Positions 14,432-21,114 of a stretch of DNA of 21,114 bases are shown here, piece by piece. The first letter of the stretch is position 1. The number at the start of each line of letters is the position of its first letter. Location of the stretch: positions 1-21,114 of the forward strand of contig JBLIRO010000078.1 in NCBI GenBank assembly GCA_049472335.1. The letters are read 5' to 3'. The notes below the pieces were generated by a model. The model had not been told where the DNA came from. It made no database searches and was given only the letters and a program-made list of their open reading frames with translations. Source of the DNA: a bacterium (lineage in GTDB: Bacteria > SZUA-182 > DTGQ01 > JAFGSM01). A program made the translations under genes and the position numbers.

Positions 14432-17400
14432 TTATAAAAATCTTCCCAATATTCCTCATCAGCGAGTATCTGACCGATAGTCTCTCCCAATTTAACACTC
14501 TCTCCCTTATATATAATGATTTTAACAAGTTCTCCCGACACCGGTGCATTAAGGAAATATTCACCCCTTTGTGTTTCAATGCGAACAACGGGATCGCCCT
14601 CGTTTATTTCATCCCCTTTTCTGATCAGCCATTCAAGGATTTTTACTTCTTCATCTTCTTCCATCTCAGGGTAAAGAATAGGTACAAATATGGTTCCCAC
14701 TGCTCTTGCAATCTCCTCCTCTGTCGGCACCCTTGAAATAATCCTGGCAAAGATTGTTGCAACAGCAGGGCCCAGTCCGGTCAGGTCAGGAGTAGTATAG
14801 GTGCATTGAGACCAGCCATTGAAATCCGTTGGAATGGTCGTAGCGGAAAGCCTTCCCTTATCCTCCAGGTCTTGTTTTACTTGCATGTCTTTCCATCTGG
14901 TATTGATAGAAAAATTTACAATCGCTTCTTGAACGGAATTTTCATTTTTATCTAAAACCCGGACCTTTATGCTGGAAGTATTAATACCATTTGCATAAAG
15001 GCTGTCAGGATCTGCAGAAAGGACCATTTTTGCCGGGGCGTCGCTCATGAGGGCGATTATAACTTCGCCTGATTCTGCATCCAAATCAACGCAATCCCCT
15101 GTTACGATATCTGTTCCTCTTATGATGCCTGCTGTATAACGTGTGGAAGCCTGCCCAGAATTATCTGTATATACGTGACTGGGCGAGATTGTTCCACCCC
15201 CTGAATGGAAAAAGCTTATCTCAACGCCTGCTTTTTCAACCGGCCGGCCATCCCTGTCTGCAATTTGTGCGGTAATCCATGAGGTGCTTACTCCGTCTGC
15301 AGTCAGACGATCAGGATTTGCTGTAAGTATTAGTTTATAGGGAGGCAATTCCAGTGTTTTGCCTAAAGAAGCAGGCTGTTTAAGCTCGATTGCTATCTGT
15401 GCCTTTAGCACATTAAGAATATAGCTTACTCCGGCATGTCCGGTGGTCAGATCTTTTGCTACGATAATGGCCGTCTTTGCGGCTTCACCGGAAGTGTACA
15501 GAGTATCGACCTCTCCCCAGGAATCCGTGGTATGCTCAAAGTCCAGACCTATATCAGTACTCATCTGGTTTCTAAGATCTCCGCCTCCGACCACACCTGT
15601 ATACTCGTCGGTTGTAGTTATTGTGAAGGCTATGATATGTCCTTCTGCCGGATCTTCTCTATTTGCATTTGTCACCTTTACAGTTATCTCTGCCTTGGAA
15701 TCCTCACCAGCAGACAGCATGACATGTTTACCAGAATTATCAAAATTATCGTCCTCAATATCATTATAGGATACTACCTTAACTTCTATCCTTGGCCTTA
15801 TATCAATGGCTAAAGGGTCTTCCGAATGTTTCCAAACCTTGTTCCCTGCTCGATCAGACATGCAGGCCCATATATATGCTTCATCCATGGATTTATCTTT
15901 CCAGCCTATCGTATATACTCCGGAATAACTGCCCGAATAATCCTGATTCTCAATTAATTCGTGTTTATTAAATTCATTGTTATCCATGTCCGGAGTGGTA
16001 TTTGAAGATGAAATGATGAAATAGGCTTTACAGCGGGCCTCACCTTCGAGAGTAACCTCAAGTTTATTTCCGGGAACCAGTTTACCAGAAAAACCTGATT
16101 CATTGAATGCATTATGGTTAATACTGTAAATAACAGGGGGGGTGACATCTTCCACTGCATAATTTACCACTAAATCAATTGCAGTATTTTGACAATTATT
16201 ATGCTCCAGATCATCTTTGAGACAAACTTTTATAAAGGTTCGCTCACTCTTGTCATTAGGGCCTATAATATAATATCCTGAATATCTGCCAAAGGCTGTT
16301 TCGTTCATTGGTACAGGTCTTTCAATGATACCGGGAATGAAAAAATTAGCCACGCATCCTTCTTCTCCGGCCAACTCGACCTCAATCCGGTCGCCAGTCT
16401 TTTGAGACAAGCCGGCCGTGTTTTCCCGGACACTTTTAATTACCGGAATTCCTTGTTGATAAGGAATATAAACAGGAGGCAGACCACAGGGATCTGATCT
16501 ATTTCCCGCTCTATCCAGAGTAAAGATAGTATAGAAATAAGAACGGTCAGGCTTAATCCTTGCGTCATAGCAGAAAGTTTTGTCCCCTGATACTATCTCG
16601 ATGGGAAGCGTCTCATTATTAGCCACTTTAGTTGTTTGGAGATGGCCTTCCTCATGCCTGAAAATCTCAAATCCTGTAAATTCTCCTTTAGGAGGTTCCC
16701 ATGTTATTTTTACGGTACCCGCATCCCATTTGGCATTTGCATCCTTAATGATATCAGGTGACTGATTATCAATAATTATTCTTTCACCGGCTTGCTTGGA
16801 TGTTTTATTCCCTTTTGAATCTTCCAGAAATCCAATGGCAACCCCTTCTTCAATGGACATTTCCTCGACAATATCCAAACAGGCAGTATAGATACCTTCA
16901 CCCGTCTCTTCCAAAGGCAGTACAGAAGTCAGGTCTTCTATTTTATAAGAAGCTGACAATCCTGGTTCGCCGCGTAAGCAGAAACATATTTTATCTCCCG
17001 ATCTCTTTGCTTTTCCCCCTGTATCCTGAGTGAAGGAGGCGATATATAGGGCAGAGGTAAAGCACTGTACCTCTTTTGGATATAGACTTTCCATCCCATT
17101 TCCGTTTACAGCTACAACGGAATAGAGATACCCTCTGTCAGGCTGAAAAGAATTATCAATATATTGAGTCTCCCGGCTAAGATCACTAGTAGTAAGAAGA
17201 GTAAATTCGGTCTCATTCAGAAGACGTCTATAAATCCTATAACCTATGATATTATTCTCTTCAACCTCTTCCCAGGTAAGAAAAACCTTATTAGCACCGT
17301 TTGCCTCCTGGATAAATTGGGCACGCACCGAAGAGGGTTCTTCCGGGATGACTGCCCTGGGAGTGGCCCCTTCTTCCTGGGAAGGGATACCTTCGATTCC

Positions 17401-18027
17401 GTCTATTCCAACACATGAAACCTTGTAAAAATAGGCGATGCCATTTGCTAAATTGTGATCTATGTAATGGGTATCCTGAATCGGAATTTCGGTTATTTTC
17501 TCGAAAGTATTCGCTATCGAATTGGAGCTTCTGCGGTAGACAAAATACCCCCTGAGTTCGGACTTCTCATAGGGGTCCCAGAAGAGATGGACCTCTCCGT
17601 CACCAGGTTTTACCTTGAATCTGGAAGGAGGTAGTATGTTAGGAGCGGAAGATATTATTGAGCATCTTTTACTCTCATTTCCTGAATAGTCCACGGCTGT
17701 TACAGCATAAGAATAGGTAAATCCGTTTATCACGCTGGTATCGGTGTAAAATATACCTCGGATTGGTTCATCGTTTAGCCTTTCAAAATTGTCAGAAACG
17801 CCTTCACTTCGATAGATATAATAACCTGCAAGATCAGTGAGGGGTGTTCCGTCTTCATTTTTTGTAGGTTTGATCCATGTAATGGTAAGTTCATTATCCC
17901 CGACCTTTATCTCTATAGCAGGACAGTTGGCCGCAAAAAGAAAGATATATAAGAGGATAAAAAGCCATACAAAATACAAACCAGAGTTTTTTCGTGTTTT
18001 TTTATCTATTGTCTGTCTTGGATTCAC
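14428..18027 (-). CDS. Large exported protein, 1199 aa: FN3 repeats, repeated Ig-like modules, invasin/Big_1-like domains and a C-terminal lipoyl/biotinyl-like domain
   Basis: GTG start with GGAG upstream and a signal peptide. FN3 motifs (DLAGYYIYRS...YSYAVTAVDYSGNES; LRGYFVYRR; IGYRIYRR). Big_1-like segments (LTANPDRLTADGVSTSWITA; LSADPDSLYANGINTSSIKV). Terminal ILEWLIRKGDEINEGDPVVRIETQRG..APVSGEL..GESVKLGETI. Confidence 0.9.
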   Translation of the reverse strand: MNPRQTIDKKTRKNSGLYFVWLFILLYIFLFAANCPAIEIKVGDNELTITWIKPTKNEDGTPLTDLAGYYIYRSEGVSDNFERLNDEPIRGIFYTDTSVINGFTYSYAVTAVDYSGNESKRCSIISSAPNILPPSRFKVKPGDGEVHLFWDPYEKSELRGYFVYRRSSNSIANTFEKITEIPIQDTHYIDHNLANGIAYFYKVSCVGIDGIEGIPSQEEGATPRAVIPEEPSSVRAQFIQEANGANKVFLTWEEVEENNIIGYRIYRRLLNETEFTLLTTSDLSRETQYIDNSFQPDRGYLYSVVAVNGNGMESLYPKEVQCFTSALYIASFTQDTGGKAKRSGDKICFCLRGEPGLSASYKIEDLTSVLPLEETGEGIYTACLDIVEEMSIEEGVAIGFLEDSKGNKTSKQAGERIIIDNQSPDIIKDANAKWDAGTVKITWEPPKGEFTGFEIFRHEEGHLQTTKVANNETLPIEIVSGDKTFCYDARIKPDRSYFYTIFTLDRAGNRSDPCGLPPVYIPYQQGIPVIKSVRENTAGLSQKTGDRIEVELAGEEGCVANFFIPGIIERPVPMNETAFGRYSGYYIIGPNDKSERTFIKVCLKDDLEHNNCQNTAIDLVVNYAVEDVTPPVIYSINHNAFNESGFSGKLVPGNKLEVTLEGEARCKAYFIISSSNTTPDMDNNEFNKHELIENQDYSGSYSGVYTIGWKDKSMDEAYIWACMSDRAGNKVWKHSEDPLAIDIRPRIEVKVVSYNDIEDDNFDNSGKHVMLSAGEDSKAEITVKVTNANREDPAEGHIIAFTITTTDEYTGVVGGGDLRNQMSTDIGLDFEHTTDSWGEVDTLYTSGEAAKTAIIVAKDLTTGHAGVSYILNVLKAQIAIELKQPASLGKTLELPPYKLILTANPDRLTADGVSTSWITAQIADRDGRPVEKAGVEISFFHSGGGTISPSHVYTDNSGQASTRYTAGIIRGTDIVTGDCVDLDAESGEVIIALMSDAPAKMVLSADPDSLYANGINTSSIKVRVLDKNENSVQEAIVNFSINTRWKDMQVKQDLEDKGRLSATTIPTDFNGWSQCTYTTPDLTGLGPAVATIFARIISRVPTEEEIARAVGTIFVPILYPEMEEDEEVKILEWLIRKGDEINEGDPVVRIETQRGEYFLNAPVSGELVKIIIYKGESVKLGETIGQILADEEYWEDFYN

Positions 18028-18123
18028 TGTGTAAACTCCGTATAATTATAAGATATGAACTCCTATCAAATTTTATCGGTTATTCTCGCTGTTTTGTTTA
18101 TCCCGCTTCCCTTTATTTTGATT

Positions 18124-19701
18124 TTACATTGGACATTCCGGCGCAATATTATCCTCCTCCTTTTCCTCCAATGTTCGCCCCAGTACCGGGGCAAAACTCT
18201 TGTGACAACCGGTAGTATCACAGCTCGTTGGGGAGTTCAAAGGTTTTACATCCGATTCATGGATATACTTAACATCATGACAACTATTAAACGGATCGTT
18301 AGCTAGACAGCTCACAGCCCCATTCTGCAGGGCCTTATATCCGCCATATGCGGGTACAGGATTGGCATATCGTGAATCCACAAGCAGCCAGTCTTTTAAT
18401 AAATGGCCCCTTTGAACTCCGCTGATACTGCTCTCTGTCTCACCCGCAAAGGTACCTTTATTACCGTGGGGCTCATGACAGTATGTACATGACGCATTAT
18501 CCTTGTGAGTATAATGCCCATTAAAGCTTCGGTAAACGGCAACAGACCCGCCTCCACCGCCTCCACCGCCTCCACCGCCGCCGCCTCCGCCGCCGCCGGT
18601 TAAGTGACAGGTTGTACATGATCCGGATTGCACGTGATTGTGGGCGTAGTAGAAGTTAGAAACGGTGCCGGGTACGGCATAATCCCGATTGGTCAGCTCA
18701 TATGATATATTAGGGGCTCCCGGCCATGGGGTCCTGGTCTCCAGAAACAGATTAGGCGCATGACATTCCATACAGAACAGGTTATTATAAGGCGTTCCGG
18801 AATCATTTACCTGCCCGATATAATAAGGCGTACCGGATATCAGTATACCTGTGCCTGTAGTTGTGTCTGTAACCGTTGCAGTGGCAACACTTGTGGGAAG
18901 AGCCAGATAAAGTTCTGAGGTAAAGCCCGGCCTGCTTAAAGGTTTTTCGCGGGTTATGAGATGAGGATTATGACAGCTCGTACAGTCCAGAACATCCTGG
19001 AATTGGGTATCAACAAGTATCGGTTCCAGATGATGGTGGGAGGTAAAACCAGGGTCAAAGGCCTCCTGAGCCTCTTCGTGACAGGTATAACAAAGGTCCT
19101 CGTCTTTCAGTTTCCGCAACCCCGAAAATGTAGAGCCGTGATATTTATGACAATCCAGACAATCTATCAATATCTTAGTGTTTGGTATTGTGCTGATCCC
19201 ATGGACACTCGATGCCCACATAGACGCCACTTCGGGTGGATAGCCTCCCATGCTGAAAAACTTGACTGGGCTTGTTGGGTTTTTAGGCTTATCATGACAG
19301 CTCAGGCACATATTCCTTTTATTCATCTGATCGCCGTCATATGAGAAACTGTCTGTAAGATCGGGATCTTTTAAGAGCACTATTCCTCTTGTATGTTTTT
19401 TGGGATCAAAAAGATGACAAACCTTACAATCATCCTTTATAGCCTCTGTCCTTGCCCATAGATCCGTCTGGAGATTTGCAACAAGACTATTTGGATGACG
19501 GGAGGGATAATCCTTAAAAAGCTTGGCCTGAAAGCTATGGCACCCGGCACAGCTTATAGGAGGAGAAGTCCTTTCTGTCACCTGGGCCGGTACATTATCC
19601 GGTCTTCCGGGTATACATAATATCAGGGCTGTAATTCCCGTTATAAAGATCCCCTTTAGCATAAGTGCAATAAGCCAGGCAATCTTGCTCTGTTTGATCA
19701 T
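18124..19701 (-). CDS. Exported multiheme cytochrome c, 525 aa (9 CxxCH plus CX8CH and CX4CH)
   Basis: N-terminal hydrophobic signal/anchor. Canonical motifs CAGCH, CKVCH, CLSCH, CLDCH, CYTCH, CTSCH, CMECH, CTTCH and CTYCH, plus CLANDPFNSCH and CDTTGCH. The doubled-CXXCH pattern (CxxCHxxH...LCxxCH) is present. Confidence 0.93.
   Translation of the reverse strand: MIKQSKIAWLIALMLKGIFITGITALILCIPGRPDNVPAQVTERTSPPISCAGCHSFQAKLFKDYPSRHPNSLVANLQTDLWARTEAIKDDCKVCHLFDPKKHTRGIVLLKDPDLTDSFSYDGDQMNKRNMCLSCHDKPKNPTSPVKFFSMGGYPPEVASMWASSVHGISTIPNTKILIDCLDCHKYHGSTFSGLRKLKDEDLCYTCHEEAQEAFDPGFTSHHHLEPILVDTQFQDVLDCTSCHNPHLITREKPLSRPGFTSELYLALPTSVATATVTDTTTGTGILISGTPYYIGQVNDSGTPYNNLFCMECHAPNLFLETRTPWPGAPNISYELTNRDYAVPGTVSNFYYAHNHVQSGSCTTCHLTGGGGGGGGGGGGGGGGGSVAVYRSFNGHYTHKDNASCTYCHEPHGNKGTFAGETESSISGVQRGHLLKDWLLVDSRYANPVPAYGGYKALQNGAVSCLANDPFNSCHDVKYIHESDVKPLNSPTSCDTTGCHKSFAPVLGRTLEEKEEDNIAPECPM
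18547..18597 (-). repeat. Gly17-encoding low-complexity tract inside the cytochrome gene
   Basis: 17 consecutive GGN codons, including a 9-bp unit (GGTGGAGGC) repeated three times. Confidence 0.95.
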
Positions 19702-19803
19702 CCCTTTTTTCTCCCAAAGTTTTTTTCAGGATACCAACTAAACATTTTATTTAATTTCCTTTCCAATAACATATCAGGATTCTCTCCGCACACTTTTTTC
19801 TCC

Positions 19804-21114
19804 TTATGGTCCCCAGGTTATTAGCCACTGCCATGTTCCCGGAAGACTGTTCGGAACAGAGTATGGTATACGCACACTGATCCATGACGGAACATCCGAG
19901 CCTCCCGGAAAAGTCGGCGGAGTTGGGGCTTGCGGGGCCTGCAAAGACCAGCTTGGGGTTCGCGTACTAAGATTCGGTGGCAAATCAGGATCTCCTACTA
20001 ATGGATTATGACAGCCCACATAGCAGGTCTGGTTGGCCGGATAGTATTTCGGTTCTTCCGGGGGATTCCAATCCGGATATCCCATTCTGGTCTGAAATCC
20101 GGATGAAGACGTTGGAGGAGTCCTTGGAAATGCATAGGTCTTATCGAAATCTATACTTACTTTTGCTCTTTTAAATGAAGGATTTACGACAGTAGCACCC
20201 CCGGGATCATGGAGACACCCCTGGTGACACATGGTGCAGGAAAATTTGTGCTCAATGACATGCTCATAATGGGCACCCGCCCCTCCCACATAGTTTTGAT
20301 CGGGGTCTCCGGGTCCCAGCCAGCCGTCGCCAACCCTAATCGGTGGATAACCATGACAATCAATACATAATACCATGGCCCGATTGTGTCTATGGCAGTC
20401 GGTACATGCGTAAAGTCCAACGTCGAAATGGTCGTAAACAGTAGAAGGAGGCCTTCCCAGCAGTAAAATACTCTTATATGCGGGATTTACATCCGTAAAG
20501 GTCGCAGGAGGATAGATCGGGGCATTTGGCCTCTCAGCAAGCCCATGACATGCAACGCAAACCTGACGGCTTTCCAGATTGCTCCTTATCTCTTTGTGAT
20601 AAATCATGTTAAGGCTTGCCTTATAGGGCCCCATAGGCTTTCCTCCAATTACGGGTTTTATAAAGGCCTGATTTGCGATGCCTTCTACAGTGATCCCAAA
20701 ATGAGGATTATGACAATCATTACACGGAAGTTTATTGTTTTGAGCAATCCCCGGAGTTGCAATAGGTTGTCTTATATAATGCCCCGCAGTCTTTATCTCT
20801 GTAGGCATGCCCGCAGGAATCCGGTGAGGTGGTATATCCTGGACAAAGGCAGGAAGGTTTTCAAAATATCCCGCGACCAATCCTCCCGGTCCGTCCACAA
20901 ATGCCACATCCTGGGGCGGGAAAGGAAGGAAAAGGTCCGGAAGGGGATCTGCATCACACACAATCCCGGAATGGCAATCATAGCAGAATATGGTTGAACC
21001 AAGTGCAAATCCTGGTACGCCTCCGAATGCAACCTCCTCTTCAATGATAGGTCTGGCCCATAGAAGCCTTGCACCCAAAGCCAAATGGGGCCGGTGACAG
21101 GCAGAACACACCCC
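19804..21114 (-). CDS. Multiheme cytochrome c, 5'-truncated (at least 7 CxxCH plus one CX3CH)
   Basis: The frame is open to the window edge. Motifs CSACH, CYDCH, CNDCH, CVACH, CTDCH, CIDCH and CTMCH, plus CYVGCH. The C-terminal part (CHGYPP...GAGAH..HV...CxxCH...TC.V.CH) resembles Geobacter-type CxxxxCH/CxxCH cytochrome repeats. Confidence 0.92.
   Translation of the reverse strand, partial: GVCSACHRPHLALGARLLWARPIIEEEVAFGGVPGFALGSTIFCYDCHSGIVCDADPLPDLFLPFPPQDVAFVDGPGGLVAGYFENLPAFVQDIPPHRIPAGMPTEIKTAGHYIRQPIATPGIAQNNKLPCNDCHNPHFGITVEGIANQAFIKPVIGGKPMGPYKASLNMIYHKEIRSNLESRQVCVACHGLAERPNAPIYPPATFTDVNPAYKSILLLGRPPSTVYDHFDVGLYACTDCHRHNRAMVLCIDCHGYPPIRVGDGWLGPGDPDQNYVGGAGAHYEHVIEHKFSCTMCHQGCLHDPGGATVVNPSFKRAKVSIDFDKTYAFPRTPPTSSSGFQTRMGYPDWNPPEEPKYYPANQTCYVGCHNPLVGDPDLPPNLSTRTPSWSLQAPQAPTPPTFPGGSDVPSWISVRIPYSVPNSLPGTWQWLITWGP

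Noticed and set aside
14440..14700. Annotation as a pyruvate/2-oxoglutarate dehydrogenase E2 or biotin carboxyl carrier
   Set aside because: No catalytic or E3-binding domain, the acceptor Lys is absent, and the domain is fused in frame to an exported Ig-fold protein.
17837..21074. Short plus-strand and alternative-frame ORFs across the cytochrome and FN3 genes
   Set aside because: They overlap well-supported CDSs and show no independent coding signal.
21109..21111. GTG start for the last cytochrome
   Set aside because: It lies immediately before a heme motif with no signal peptide, and the frame is open to the window edge, so the gene is truncated.

Overview
Bacterial chromosomal window of moderate to low GC. 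The protein families suggest an anaerobe resembling Desulfobacterota/deltaproteobacteria (inference). From left to right it holds: mfd (5'-truncated); a small exported protein resembling a stand-alone ring-building-motif (RBM) domain; a B12-binding radical SAM enzyme followed by a hairpin whose 3' tail is triplicated; and a divergent sigma-54 promoter pair driving a small membrane protein leftwards and, through a c-di-GMP-I riboswitch, a large exported FN3/PKD/Ig-fold protein with a C-terminal GGCFI motif rightwards. Next come a bidirectional terminator, a third sigma-54 promoter pointing into ORF-free DNA, an NtrC-type response regulator with its HAMP/PAS histidine kinase, and a small membrane protein. 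A minus-strand cluster closes the window: two multiheme c cytochromes and a 1199-aa FN3/invasin-like exported protein ending in a lipoyl-like domain that lacks the modifiable lysine. The strongest candidates for new biology are (i) the cytochrome/Ig-scaffold cluster, a possible extracellular electron-transfer or nanowire system with an OmcE-like tetraheme module, non-canonical heme motifs and a Gly17 tract, and (ii) the layered sigma-54 plus c-di-GMP control of a surface protein. All family assignments come from motif recognition by eye; no searches were run.
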